NCBI GenBank assembly: GCA_043822785.1
Contig: JBDRBN010000074.1
Span: 203-64,202, forward strand
From: Pseudomonadota bacterium
GTDB lineage: Bacteria > UBA10199 > 2-02-FULL-44-16 > JAAZCA01
DNA length: 64,000 nt
Reading direction: 5' to 3'
The translations under genes were made by a program, and so were the position numbers. Below, piece by piece: positions 46,233 to 56,342 of this stretch; positions within the stretch are counted from its first letter, which is position 1, and each line of letters opens with the position of its first letter. The notes below the pieces were generated by a model, which saw only the letters and a list, made by a program, of their open reading frames with translations, did no database searches and was not told the origin of the DNA.

Positions 46233-47549
46233 ATGAGGATATTTCTCAATCAAATATTAATCAATAATATCAATGGGTTATTGGAGGGACCTGCGATTCA
46301 AGAGGCCATCCAAATATGGGGTTTCGAAGCTTTACATAAAAAATCAGCAATCGAATTGAGTTTATTTAACACTCCATTTGGCTCGATATCGCTACTTTAT
46401 GGGCCAAGACAAATAGGCAAGACTTCCTCCTTAAAGCTCTTTCTTCACCAACTCAAAGACTCTGACACGATAATCTATACAGATTGTTCGACAATCCTGC
46501 ATAAAAACGATCTCCGCCAGCATCTTTTAGAGTTGATTGGAGATGCAACCACAATAGTGCTCGATGAAGTTCAATCAGTCGATGGATGGCATCTGGCGCT
46601 TCGCTCGCTACATGCAGATGGAAAGCTAACAAACTGCAGAATTTGGTGCACTGGAAGCGAAGCTAGGCATTTGCTCGAAAGTGGCGAACGTCTGCCTGGC
46701 AGAAAAGGCGAAGGCAAAATGCTTTTTGCAAGACCATGGAGTTTTCGCGAATACATGGATTTCTTCTATGGAGATAAATCTGCTGCCTTTGAAAACGTAA
46801 ACATAAAGCACGTAAATCAAACCTGGTTGAATGATCAGGTAATAGACTGGAAAAAACAGTGGAATGAATACCTCCTCTGCGGTGGTTTTCCTCGTGTAGT
46901 CGGAGAATACCGCAACAAGGGGCGCATTGATGATGCAGTGTGGAGGATTTATGTAGATTGGATTTTAGGTAGTTGGTCTGTGCTTAGAACACCACAGCGT
47001 TCACTAGCTGCTGTAGCAAGACGTCTATGCGAAACGCTCAACAGCCGCGTGAGTTTTGAATCGATCAAGAAGGGATCAGATATACAAAGCGCTAACACAA
47101 TTCGAAACCTTTTGGAAATACAAGAGGATCATTTTTCTATCCGCGTTCTACCCCGATTTGATCTACAAAGAAAAAGATTTGCTCCTGCAAAACAGAAAAA
47201 AATATATCCAATAGACCCGTTCATTGCCAGAGTATGGGCTTCAATTGGCTATGATATAAGGAGGCTTTTTGAAGAAAACGTGCCATCGCTCAGTTTGGAT
47301 GAATGCGCTTTTCTAGCTCAGATGAGTCGCTGGTCGGAGAATATCGAAGCTGCCTATCTTTATGCGGATAAATCCAAATCAGAGATCGATTTTTATTATG
47401 ATGAATGTGCATTCGAGCTAAAGTCAAATGGCTCGCCAACAAAAAAACAATACGAGATATTAAATAGCGCCCCACAGTCCTTTGTGGTTCAAAAAGATGT
47501 TCTCCCCCTTGTTGCCTATCTCATTGGAGAAGGCAGAAAAAAGGCGTGA
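46233..47549 (+). CDS. AAA-superfamily ATPase with DUF4143-like C-terminal domain
   Basis: P-loop GPRQIGKTS. Overall length and pattern fit AAA_14 plus DUF4143 proteins. Confidence 0.65.
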   Translation: MRIFLNQILINNINGLLEGPAIQEAIQIWGFEALHKKSAIELSLFNTPFGSISLLYGPRQIGKTSSLKLFLHQLKDSDTIIYTDCSTILHKNDLRQHLLELIGDATTIVLDEVQSVDGWHLALRSLHADGKLTNCRIWCTGSEARHLLESGERLPGRKGEGKMLFARPWSFREYMDFFYGDKSAAFENVNIKHVNQTWLNDQVIDWKKQWNEYLLCGGFPRVVGEYRNKGRIDDAVWRIYVDWILGSWSVLRTPQRSLAAVARRLCETLNSRVSFESIKKGSDIQSANTIRNLLEIQEDHFSIRVLPRFDLQRKRFAPAKQKKIYPIDPFIARVWASIGYDIRRLFEENVPSLSLDECAFLAQMSRWSENIEAAYLYADKSKSEIDFYYDECAFELKSNGSPTKKQYEILNSAPQSFVVQKDVLPLVAYLIGEGRKKA

Positions 47550-47579
47550 CTGAGCACATAAAAAATTAAAGAGATTGAT

Positions 47580-48209
47580 CTAAATTTGTTTGTAGCGGAA
47601 GCATTTGACGAGATGGTCGCCCATCATGCCGACGGCCTGCATGTGGGCATAGATGATGGTGGATCCTACGAATTTAAAGCCCCGCTTTTTGAGATCTTTG
47701 CTCATGGCATCTGAATGTTTTGATGTGGCTGGAATCTGCTCGAGTCTTTTCCATTTGTTTGAGATCCTCTTACCATCCACGAATCGCCAGGAATAGGCAT
47801 CAAATGAGCCAAACTCCTCCTGCACCTTGAGAAAGGCTTTTGCATTGTTCACCGCTGCCTCGATCTTGGCCCTGTTGCGAATTATGCTTGGATTTTTGAT
47901 AAGCGTTTCGATCTTCTTGGGAGTAAAGCGCGCTACCTTTTCAGGATCAAAATTTGCAAATGCCTTTTTATAGCCTTCACGTCTTTTGAGTATGGTAAGC
48001 CAGCTTAAGCCTGCTTGCGCGCCTTCCAGCACCAAGAACTCAAAGAGCTTTTGATCGTTATGCACAGGCACGCCCCATTCTTTATCATGGTAGCGGACGT
48101 ATATCGGATCGTTCAAACACCATTCACAGCGAACGATATTGGGCATGATTTTCTCCTGTGTGAGGATGAACGGTTGGCTAAGGTTGTCTGGCGCGTTTGC
48201 GACGAACAT
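47580..48209 (-). CDS. tag: DNA-3-methyladenine glycosylase I
   Basis: CEWCLNDPIYVRYHDKEWGVP (zinc site) and FEFLVLEGAQAGLSW. Confidence 0.85.
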   Translation of the reverse strand: MFVANAPDNLSQPFILTQEKIMPNIVRCEWCLNDPIYVRYHDKEWGVPVHNDQKLFEFLVLEGAQAGLSWLTILKRREGYKKAFANFDPEKVARFTPKKIETLIKNPSIIRNRAKIEAAVNNAKAFLKVQEEFGSFDAYSWRFVDGKRISNKWKRLEQIPATSKHSDAMSKDLKKRGFKFVGSTIIYAHMQAVGMMGDHLVKCFRYKQI

Positions 48210-48783
48210 AGACCATTATAATGCCTGCGCTGGATAGGATGATGGAAAAAAACAAGATACCCATGAGGGTAAAAACAAGCCCTATCGACTTGAACAAGTC
48301 CTTCATGAATCCCTGGCCAATGGCAATTACGAATTTCTGGCCTGGATATGTTTGTTCTGGCAAGGTCGTCTCAATGCGATAGCGTCCTGCCTCTGGAATC
48401 GTAAACTCCAGAAGAGATGTGCCCGCACGGCTTCCTATGGAATAGTGCATGCTCGAAGAGGATGGCTTGACCGGCACTTCCTCACCTGTTTTTTCATTGT
48501 ACAAAGTGCAGCGCATGCCGGAGATCGCGCCCTCGGGTGCCACATAGACAGCATCATCAATCATGCTCTTGTATTCGAAAAAAATCGTATAGTCACCAGG
48601 CGCTGCAAGCTCTATGGTCTCTACGCCCGGCACCAAGAGGCGCGTATAAGAGTCGGTTGAACTCAGGGTCTGCTCAACAAAACGAAAGATAAAAAAAGCA
48701 AAGACGATAAATCCGATGACAACTGGAATGCTCGCCACAAAATAAAAGAATTTCGAGGGCTGCTTGGGGTGTTCAGTATTCAT
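48178..48783 (-). CDS. hypothetical membrane protein (TM at both ends)
   Basis: 201 aa ORF with N- and C-terminal TM helices. Overlaps the tag start by 32 bp. Confidence 0.45.
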   Translation of the reverse strand: MNTEHPKQPSKFFYFVASIPVVIGFIVFAFFIFRFVEQTLSSTDSYTRLLVPGVETIELAAPGDYTIFFEYKSMIDDAVYVAPEGAISGMRCTLYNEKTGEEVPVKPSSSSMHYSIGSRAGTSLLEFTIPEAGRYRIETTLPEQTYPGQKFVIAIGQGFMKDLFKSIGLVFTLMGILFFSIILSSAGIIMVYVRRKRARQP

Positions 48784-48797
48784 CGGTATTCCTTTTG

Positions 48798-48873
48798 TCG
48801 GGGCGAGAGGATTCGAACCTCCGACTTCCTGGTCCCAAACCAGGCGCTCTAAGCCATGCTGAGCTACGCCCCG
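48798..48873 (-). tRNA. tRNA-Pro (anticodon TGG)
   Basis: The reverse complement folds as CGGGGCG-TA-GCTC...GAGC-G-CCTGG-TTTGGGA-CCAGG-AAGTC-GGAGG-TTCGAAT-CCTCT-CGCCCCG-A. The C1-G72 pair is typical of bacterial tRNA-Pro. Anticodon TGG. Confidence 0.85.
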
Positions 48874-49018
48874 TAAGAAAAATGGCCGACCGAAAGAGAG
48901 GCCATTTTTCTTCCTCTATTTTCCATTTTCAATTATCTATTTTCCATCTTTGGGGTCGGCCATTTTTCTGGAAAATAGAAAATGGAGAATAGAAAATGGA
49001 ATGTTAAAGAGCGAATTG

Positions 49019-49627
49019 CTACAATTTCTCTGTTTTTCTTAAAAGATCAATCAATATTTCATATATCTTTTTAAGGGCCTTGCCTCGGTGACTGATTGCG
49101 TTCTTTTTCTCCATGGGAAGCTCGGCCATAGTGGCACCCTCCTCCGGCACATAAAATAAAGGATCAAAACCAAAACCGCCGTCTCCACGATACTCGCGTG
49201 TTATTATGCCATCGCACCGGCCATCTACATGCCATTCTGTGCCTTTGGGATGAGCCAGCACCATGGTGCAGACAAAGGCTGCCTGCCTTTTGCCATCAGG
49301 CACATCCTTCATCTCTTTAAGGAGCTTTTCGTTGTTGGCTGCATAGTCGCCCTGTTTTCCAGCGAATCTTGCAGAATTAACTCCAGGAGCGCCCCCCAGC
49401 GCCTCTACGACAAGACCCGAATCGTCTGCCAAGGTTATGCATCCAGTAGACTTTGCTACCGTATGCGCCTTCTTTCGGGCATTTTCCAAAAAGGTCTTAC
49501 CATCTTCCTCGATGTCAGAGATTTCGGGGTGCTGGGCAAGCGAGGTCACATTTATGCCCTTTGAGGCCAGCATTGCTTTAAGCTCGGCCACCTTGCCCTG
49601 GTTTCTGGTCGCTAAGACAATCTCCAT
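49019..49627 (-). CDS. rdgB: non-canonical purine NTP pyrophosphatase (RdgB/HAM1)
   Basis: MEIVLATRNQGKVAELKAML and FGFDPLF motifs. Confidence 0.88.
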   Translation of the reverse strand: MEIVLATRNQGKVAELKAMLASKGINVTSLAQHPEISDIEEDGKTFLENARKKAHTVAKSTGCITLADDSGLVVEALGGAPGVNSARFAGKQGDYAANNEKLLKEMKDVPDGKRQAAFVCTMVLAHPKGTEWHVDGRCDGIITREYRGDGGFGFDPLFYVPEEGATMAELPMEKKNAISHRGKALKKIYEILIDLLRKTEKL

Positions 49628-49712
49628 AACTTATTCCTCAGTAAGGGCGAGTCCCATAGCAAAAGGCATCAAGATTTACAAGCCTGCCTTCTACATGCTA
49701 AAAGTGTCTGAA

Positions 49713-50354
49713 ATGAGATTGCTTATTGCTATAACGCTTTTCGCTACCCTCCTAACAACTGCCCTGCCAGTATATGCAAAACCTCCGAAGGGCTTTAACA
49801 CAGGACCTTACCTAGCTATTGAAGCCGGCGTAACGCAGGCATCTTTTGACACAGATCAGGTAGATGGCACAAAAGTGGGCAGGGATTTTGAGCCCACTTT
49901 TGGCTTTATCTTTGGTTGGAACTTATTCGATTACTTTGCCACAGAGCTGCAGGGTCGCTACGCCACCAATCGCAACAATGACCGCCGCATCCATATCGCA
50001 CAGGCAAATGTATACACAAAATGGTTTCTTGTAACAGATGCCCTCACCGACTTTCCTACATTTCGCATCCTACCGTTTCTCAAAGGTGGCATGGGCGTGC
50101 GTGCGTCAGTGCTTCCAGGTAACACTGGTTCTACTGACACAAGCGTGACCAGCATAGGCTGGGGGCCCACCTTTGGCGCCGGCGTATCATTCATATGGAA
50201 GAAATACTTCTACTTTGGCGTGGACGTGCAGGAAGATCTTTTCTTGTTCGATGATATACGCCAAACCGTAAACGGAGTGCCTAATACTTTAGTTTACAAG
50301 GGCGGGTTTCACCCCTGCTTTGGCGCAATGGCAATATTGGGAGTGCATTACTGA
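49713..50354 (+). CDS. outer-membrane beta-barrel protein (OmpA-like/OMP_b-brl)
   Basis: Signal peptide MRLLIAITLFATLLTTALPVYA. Alternating aromatic beta-strand pattern and a C-terminal Y/F residue. Confidence 0.6.
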   Translation: MRLLIAITLFATLLTTALPVYAKPPKGFNTGPYLAIEAGVTQASFDTDQVDGTKVGRDFEPTFGFIFGWNLFDYFATELQGRYATNRNNDRRIHIAQANVYTKWFLVTDALTDFPTFRILPFLKGGMGVRASVLPGNTGSTDTSVTSIGWGPTFGAGVSFIWKKYFYFGVDVQEDLFLFDDIRQTVNGVPNTLVYKGGFHPCFGAMAILGVHY

Positions 50355-50358
50355 AAAC

Positions 50359-52497
50359 CTACTTTGGAGCCACCCCTGCTACATACTGGTGAGCGATTAC
50401 CACCTTCCATTGCGCATCAGCTGCAGGAGTGAATGAATCCCAAGCCGCAACTTTAAACACCGTACTCTTGCCACCCTTAGCAGTGAAGCGATAGTGCCCA
50501 ACCCCCCAGGGCTCCTTGCTAATCCTTTCGCCAAATTCAATGAGCGCAGGATAATTCTTATAGAGTTTATCCGTAAATAAGTTCTTTCCTATCTGAGCAG
50601 GATTTTCATCATAGAAAATATAACCATCTTGCTTCATGCACCATACCTGATAGCCGCTGCTGGTCGGATCAAATGTAATCGCGGATTCGATGATATCGTT
50701 GATGGAAAGCACAGCTATGAGCGATCCCTTTGCTTTGGAGCTTTGAAATATAGGAACACGCACGACTATGGCATGATGTCCTCGGTACGTATATATGACG
50801 TCGCTCAATGTTTCCTCGCTCGCAGCAATAGCTGAAAAAAAGTTTTTGAAGTCCGCTGTCTTTAACTTCATGGATTCGCTGCCAGTTCCTGCAAAGGCAG
50901 CCACAAGCCTTCTATCATCATCGATGAACATAAACATGGTCGCCTCTGGATTTTGCCTATAGAGAGTTTCTAGATGCGGAAGAACTGAGTCGCGGTGAGA
51001 GAGGTTCACGGTCTCCATCTCCCTTGCAGTGCTCTCCATATGTTCAGTCACCTCATGAAAGTAGGCACTCATTTTTCCTACGGTGCGTCTGGCGAGCTCC
51101 ATCGTGGACTCCGAAAGCGAAGTGACATCGATGAGAGCGCGTTCCGCACTGTATCTTGCTCTCTGTGCTTCCATGGCAAAGTTTAATGCAAATCCAGCTC
51201 CGACCATTATGGAGATGATGACTGCGACTGCAGCTAAGATCGCAATCTTGTTGCGGGAGATAAATCGTTTAAACAGCTCCCTCGTCGAGTAAGCATAAAT
51301 GCTTACAAGGCGACCATCGCGATAAGCCTTGAGCTCAGATGCAAACTCAGATGCATCCTTGAACCTACCCTCCTTGTGTTTGGCCATGGCCTTTTGGCAA
51401 ATGGCTGAGAGCTCAGGTGGAATAAAATCATAAAGCGCACGCGGCGATGGAGGTTCGCTTGTCTCCATTATATCCTTCATCACCTCTGCGCCTTTTCCTG
51501 GAAAAGGCTTGGTGCCTGTCAGCATCGTGTAAAGGAGTATGCCTAGCGTGTAGACATCGGTCGAGTAGTCAACCCTGCCGTATTTAGGGTCGATCTGCTC
51601 TGGCGACATATAGGATGGAGTTCCCAAATGAGCCCCCTCCATGGTAAGGCTCACATCCACTTCGGGTGTGGGACTAGATGAAGGAATCGATGCAGGAACG
51701 TAATCATCTTCCTCCAGGCGCTTGGCAAGGCCCCAGTCCAGAATCACAGTTTCTCCAAATTCACCGAGAATGATGTTGCTTGGCTTAAGGTCGCGGTGGA
51801 TGATGCCTTTGGAGTGCGCATATCCCATGGCCTCTGCTACATCGATCAAGTTGTCTAGCAACCTGAGTCTATTTTTAAAGGATTCTAAGGGAGTATCGGT
51901 AGCGCAATCTATTATGGAATGAAATAGGGTTTTGCCCTGTACGTATTTCATCACATAAAAAAAGGTGCCGTCAGGTTTTTCAGTAAGCTCATACACAGGA
52001 ACTATACCCGGGTGTTCGAGCTGTCCGCTTATCTTGGCTTCTCTTATAAACCTGGCAAGGTGATGCTCGCGCTGCTTTTCGAGCTTGGCCGGCAGAAGCT
52101 CCTTTATGGCCACATCTCTGCCTATGCTCTTATCAAAGGCTAAAAACACTCGGCCTGCACCTCCCTGGCCTATTATGCTTCTCAGTTCAAAATTTTCTGA
52201 GTAAGGAATTCCCTCAATTGATTTTTCAGCTTCCTTCCCAACTCTTGGCCTAGTATAAGATTCTGTTGCAGATCGTGCTTTATCGCTTTCTGAATCAATG
52301 ATCGCAGCGAGGATCACATGATATTGATCTTCTGAAATAAAGCCCTTTTCCAAAAGGATTCGGCCGCTATCCTCGGATGGATCTTTCCTCCACAGCCCGA
52401 ACGCCTCGTTGAACTGCTCCAGATTGATCATCTGAAGAGTTAAGGCAGTTCTTAGGAATCGCTCATTGTCGTCTCTGGACATGAAATAACCTCGCAC
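50359..52497 (-). CDS. Hanks-type serine/threonine protein kinase with TM and extracytoplasmic sensor domain
   Basis: Kinase motifs GQGGAGRVF, HRDLKPSNIIL, DWGLAK and GTPSYMSPEQ. A TM helix is followed by a ~280 aa extracellular domain. Confidence 0.88.
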   Translation of the reverse strand: MRGYFMSRDDNERFLRTALTLQMINLEQFNEAFGLWRKDPSEDSGRILLEKGFISEDQYHVILAAIIDSESDKARSATESYTRPRVGKEAEKSIEGIPYSENFELRSIIGQGGAGRVFLAFDKSIGRDVAIKELLPAKLEKQREHHLARFIREAKISGQLEHPGIVPVYELTEKPDGTFFYVMKYVQGKTLFHSIIDCATDTPLESFKNRLRLLDNLIDVAEAMGYAHSKGIIHRDLKPSNIILGEFGETVILDWGLAKRLEEDDYVPASIPSSSPTPEVDVSLTMEGAHLGTPSYMSPEQIDPKYGRVDYSTDVYTLGILLYTMLTGTKPFPGKGAEVMKDIMETSEPPSPRALYDFIPPELSAICQKAMAKHKEGRFKDASEFASELKAYRDGRLVSIYAYSTRELFKRFISRNKIAILAAVAVIISIMVGAGFALNFAMEAQRARYSAERALIDVTSLSESTMELARRTVGKMSAYFHEVTEHMESTAREMETVNLSHRDSVLPHLETLYRQNPEATMFMFIDDDRRLVAAFAGTGSESMKLKTADFKNFFSAIAASEETLSDVIYTYRGHHAIVVRVPIFQSSKAKGSLIAVLSINDIIESAITFDPTSSGYQVWCMKQDGYIFYDENPAQIGKNLFTDKLYKNYPALIEFGERISKEPWGVGHYRFTAKGGKSTVFKVAAWDSFTPAADAQWKVVIAHQYVAGVAPK

Positions 52498-52503
52498 ATA
52501 AGC

Positions 52504-53499
52504 TTAGTTAAGCTGCTTCAGCAATGAACCCTCACGCGCTGTGCCAGTTGTAGCCCTAGCGGTTGCATAGTCGGCAAATACATCTGTGATCTCAATTGTT
52601 CCAGTCTGAGTTTCTTGTGCACCAAGGCTTAAACCCTTGCCTGATATCGGCTTTCTCTCAAATGCGTCAAAGCTCATGCCTGAAACGATGCCAGCGTTTG
52701 ATCCAGCGTTTACAAAGAGTTCGCTGCCGCCCGTTTTGAATATTTGCCCCTCCCATGCAAGGGAAGACATCTTCTTGTCGATCCAATCTATACACTTTTT
52801 TAGCCCTCTTTTAAACATGCGGTCAAAGGCGCGATCAGGATCAGATGTATCCTCGGCCGTATAATAGCTCACACCTCCCACCCTTGTCACGCGAGTGCTT
52901 GAGGCCTCGGCCTTGTAATCGCCTTCGATGCTTCCGTTCTCAGGATCGAGGTCAAGGCAGGTGAGCGTAAGATTTATGGAATCAGATGCGAAGTCAGCAT
53001 CTCCTATGGGCGCTCCGGTTAAGCCTTCGATCGCGCCAAAGGTTCCGCCGGTGGTCACATGCCTGCTGCCTGTTTGCACGTTGAAGTTAAACAAAGCCTG
53101 AGCTGCTACTGGCTTGTGCACATATTGACCTTGGGCTTTTGCAGCAATTTTTTCCATCTGCTTTTGCATCTCTTGCGCGTATTTCATTGCTTCAGCAGCT
53201 GTCTTAGGCGTTTTCTGAGTCATCGTCTCTTCCTTCTCTTCGGCATCCTCATCATATTGGGGTATAATGACCACATAGCGTCCGGTATTTTCCAAAAGCT
53301 TTTTGGCGCGTATTTTGAAAAGTTCGCCTAGCTGCTTAGGGGTAAGCGATGAGAATCCGATCTGAGATGTGTTCACGTGACCTATGGCTATGACTTTCTT
53401 AAGTTCTTCATCAGACTTCTCCTTGGCACTTGCAGGCATCGCGATCAAAACAAGTGCTACGGCTAAGCAAAGCGTTCTTGTGAACTTCATAAAATCCAT
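52504..53499 (-). CDS. secreted/lipoprotein of unknown function
   Basis: Signal peptide MDFMKFTRTLCLAVALVLIAMPASA. No recognisable domain. Confidence 0.5.
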   Translation of the reverse strand: MDFMKFTRTLCLAVALVLIAMPASAKEKSDEELKKVIAIGHVNTSQIGFSSLTPKQLGELFKIRAKKLLENTGRYVVIIPQYDEDAEEKEETMTQKTPKTAAEAMKYAQEMQKQMEKIAAKAQGQYVHKPVAAQALFNFNVQTGSRHVTTGGTFGAIEGLTGAPIGDADFASDSINLTLTCLDLDPENGSIEGDYKAEASSTRVTRVGGVSYYTAEDTSDPDRAFDRMFKRGLKKCIDWIDKKMSSLAWEGQIFKTGGSELFVNAGSNAGIVSGMSFDAFERKPISGKGLSLGAQETQTGTIEITDVFADYATARATTGTAREGSLLKQLN

Positions 53500-53509
53500 C
53501 CTTTCTAGA

Positions 53510-53617
53510 TGTCATTGCGAGCGAAGCGAAGCAATCTCCTCAACCTCATGAGATTGCTTCGTCGCGGAGCCTACCCTGAGCAACGTCGAAGGGCTCCTCG
53601 CAATGACAATTTGCGAA
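53510..53617. repeat. palindromic REP/MITE-like element copy 5
   Basis: GTCATTGCGAGCGAAGCGAAGCAATCTCC...GAGATTGCTTCGTCGC...CTCGCAATGACA. Confidence 0.7.
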
Positions 53618-53618
53618 T

Positions 53619-55193
53619 CTATAGCCTCACTAATTTTACATCAGTTACCCCATCCACCTCAGCTATTTTTTCAAGCGACTTAGCATCAACCGTCTTATCA
53701 ACTCCTATGATCGTAAGCGCTTCGGTTCCTTGGCTCTTTCTTACGTTCTGCATCTCTGCGATGTTTATGCCCTGACTACCAAGCACCGTGCACACGCCGC
53801 CGATGACGCCAGGCCGATCGACGTTGTGTATGAAGAGTATGGCGCCTTCTGGATCGATCTCCACTCGATATTCACCGCAGTTTGTTATCTTTGTAGTGCC
53901 ATCTGGAAGCACTGCTCCCCAAGCTTCGAACTCGCCCTTGCTTGTCGTAATCTTAATGCCAAAGGCCTCGGCAAAGTCAGGCTTAATGCCTGTTACTTCC
54001 CCTGCAATAGCAACTCCTCGCCCCCTTGCTATCGCTTCTGCATTTACAAATGTGACCTGGCCATCTGAGAGGTGTTCGAACGCTCCTTTGATGGCAGCAA
54101 GCGTGATGAGGCGAGGCAAGCCGCTTTGGCATATAAGGGTGATCTTTGAAATTCCTCCACCTGCGAGTTGAGAGACTAAGGAGCCCAGCTTTTCTGAAAG
54201 CGAGATGTGGTTTTTAAACTTCTGCCAACTTATGCCGTCTGCGCCAGCAAGGTTTACGGCGTTAGGGCTTATGCCCTCGCTGAAGTACTGGGACACAGCT
54301 GCTGCTGCCTCAACTGCCACCGCGTCCTGAGCTTCTGCGGTCGATGCTCCCAGATGCGGAGTGAGTATGCAATTATCCAGCCCCTGAAAGATCGTGTCAT
54401 CAAACGGCTCCTTTGTAAAAACATCCAGCGCTGCTCCAGTGATTCGGCCTTCTTTGAGCGCATTTGCTAAATCGCGCTCGTTTACTATTCCACCGCGAGC
54501 ACAGTTTACGATACACGCCTCTTGCTTCATCATCCCTATTTCCTTTGCCGCGATCAAGTTCTCGGTCTCTTTGGTGAGCGGCGTATGTATGGTGATGTAA
54601 TCCGCCTGGCGGCATATCTCTTCAAGGCCCGCCTTCTTCACTCCTAGTGATTCGAACTTCTCATCTGAAAGATAAGGATCAAAACCTAATACGATCATAT
54701 CAAAGGCCAGCGCTCGTTTCGCAACCTCGTAGCCGATCCTGCCCATGCCGATGATGCCAAGCTTCTTATGAGCTATCTCGCTTCCTTTGAACCGCTTCTT
54801 TTCCCATTTGCCCTCGGCCATGAGCCTGGCTGCTTGGGGAATGTGACGCGCTAGTGCGAGGATCATAGAAAAGGTAAGCTCTGCTGTTGAGGTGGTGTTT
54901 CCTGCGGGCGCATTCACAACCATTATACCCCGTTCAGTAGCTGCATCTATGTCGATGTTGTCAGTTCCAACGCCAGCGCGCGCGATGACCTTTAAGCCTT
55001 TGCCGCGCTCTATTACATCGCGACTCACTTTAGATGAGCTTCGAACGATGAGCCCATCAAAGCCCTCGATCTTGTCTATGAGTTCTTCATGCGAAAGAGA
55101 TGCGCAAAACTCCACTTCTAGATTGGAATCTGCTTCAAGCCTCGCAAGCCCTGACTTTGCAAATCCATCTGTACAAAGTATTCTGTACTTCAT
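53619..55193 (-). CDS. serA: D-3-phosphoglycerate dehydrogenase
   Basis: NAD-binding GIIGMGRIG. 524 aa with a C-terminal ACT domain. Operon with serC. Confidence 0.9.
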   Translation of the reverse strand: MKYRILCTDGFAKSGLARLEADSNLEVEFCASLSHEELIDKIEGFDGLIVRSSSKVSRDVIERGKGLKVIARAGVGTDNIDIDAATERGIMVVNAPAGNTTSTAELTFSMILALARHIPQAARLMAEGKWEKKRFKGSEIAHKKLGIIGMGRIGYEVAKRALAFDMIVLGFDPYLSDEKFESLGVKKAGLEEICRQADYITIHTPLTKETENLIAAKEIGMMKQEACIVNCARGGIVNERDLANALKEGRITGAALDVFTKEPFDDTIFQGLDNCILTPHLGASTAEAQDAVAVEAAAAVSQYFSEGISPNAVNLAGADGISWQKFKNHISLSEKLGSLVSQLAGGGISKITLICQSGLPRLITLAAIKGAFEHLSDGQVTFVNAEAIARGRGVAIAGEVTGIKPDFAEAFGIKITTSKGEFEAWGAVLPDGTTKITNCGEYRVEIDPEGAILFIHNVDRPGVIGGVCTVLGSQGINIAEMQNVRKSQGTEALTIIGVDKTVDAKSLEKIAEVDGVTDVKLVRL

Positions 55194-56275
55194 GCATTTG
55201 TCCTTTCAAATTCTTTCATAAATGAGATGAGCGCTTGAACTGACTCGAGAGGAGATGCATTATAAATTGATGCGCGCAAGCCCCCCACGCTCCTGTGTCC
55301 CTTGATGCCTACTATGTTGCTCTTGGCAGCCTCGCTTACAAACCTCTCGGCAAGCTCTTCAGAAGGCATTGTGAATGTTACGTTCATCATGGAACGGCTG
55401 TTTGGCTCAGCAACGCCCTTATATAGCGACGAAGCATCTATGGCTTCATAGAGCATTGCAGCCTTTATTGCGTTTGTCTGCTCAATGGCTTTTACACCAC
55501 CTAGTTTTTTTATCCATCTGAGCGTCAGCATCATAACGTATATGGCAAATACCGGCGGCGTATTGTACAAGGATTCTTTTTCTGCATGCGTGCTATAGCG
55601 CAAAACATCTGGCAAAGCTCTAGGTTTATGAGCCAGCAAATCGTCGCGGATGATAACGCAGGTAACGCCAGCTGGACCCATATTCTTTTGAGCCCCTGCG
55701 TAGATGAGACCGAATTGCGATATGTTTAGATGGCGCGAGAGTATATCGGATGACATGTCTGCAATCAGAGGCACCCCTTGTGTATCAGGAATTTGCTTAT
55801 ATTGTGTGCCATAGATCGTGTTGTTGGTTGTGATGTGCACATAACTTGCGCCATCGGTCGGTTTAATTTCCCCCTTGTCCGGAACTCGAGTGAAACCCTG
55901 GTCCTCTGAACTATAGATAACCCTGGCATCACCCACCACCCTTGCCTCTGCTAGCGCTCTTTTTGCCCAGTGGCCTGTTATGACATAGTCAGCAGATCTA
56001 TCCATGAGGTTAAGCGGCACCATAGCAAACTGCTGTGCTGCTCCCCCCTGTAAAAAAAGGATCTTATAAATAGAGGGAATATCCATAAGCTCAGCAATAA
56101 GGCTTCTTGCTTCGTCCATAATAGCCACAAATTGCTTGGAGCGATGGCTTATCTCAAGAACCGACATGCCTTTGAAGTTCATAAAACCATCGTGAACCTC
56201 CTCAAGCACTTCCAGGGGCAGCGCTGAGGGGCCTGCATTGAAATTGTGAATTCGTTCGGTTGACATTATCCTCAC
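55190..56275 (-). CDS. serC: phosphoserine aminotransferase
   Basis: [10 protein letters not shown]-terminus and the lysine-containing PLP-site region. Overlaps serA by 4 bp. Confidence 0.9.
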   Translation of the reverse strand: MRIMSTERIHNFNAGPSALPLEVLEEVHDGFMNFKGMSVLEISHRSKQFVAIMDEARSLIAELMDIPSIYKILFLQGGAAQQFAMVPLNLMDRSADYVITGHWAKRALAEARVVGDARVIYSSEDQGFTRVPDKGEIKPTDGASYVHITTNNTIYGTQYKQIPDTQGVPLIADMSSDILSRHLNISQFGLIYAGAQKNMGPAGVTCVIIRDDLLAHKPRALPDVLRYSTHAEKESLYNTPPVFAIYVMMLTLRWIKKLGGVKAIEQTNAIKAAMLYEAIDASSLYKGVAEPNSRSMMNVTFTMPSEELAERFVSEAAKSNIVGIKGHRSVGGLRASIYNASPLESVQALISFMKEFERTNA

Positions 56276-56342
56276 TCCTGTCTAGTCGAGGTTTAAAATT
56301 GATCCTAGCGTAGGCAGGTAAAACTAATTGAGGAGAAAAGTT

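Noticed and set aside
48795-48992. ORF 48795-48992 (+)
   Set aside because: Overlaps tRNA-Pro on the opposite strand and the hairpin/heptamer-repeat region. Spurious.
53509-53775. ORFs 53509-53775(+), 61356-61610(+), 63211-63531(+) and similar
   Set aside because: Start inside REP elements, giving the recurring peptides RAKRSNL / RFARNDN. These are artefacts of the repeat.
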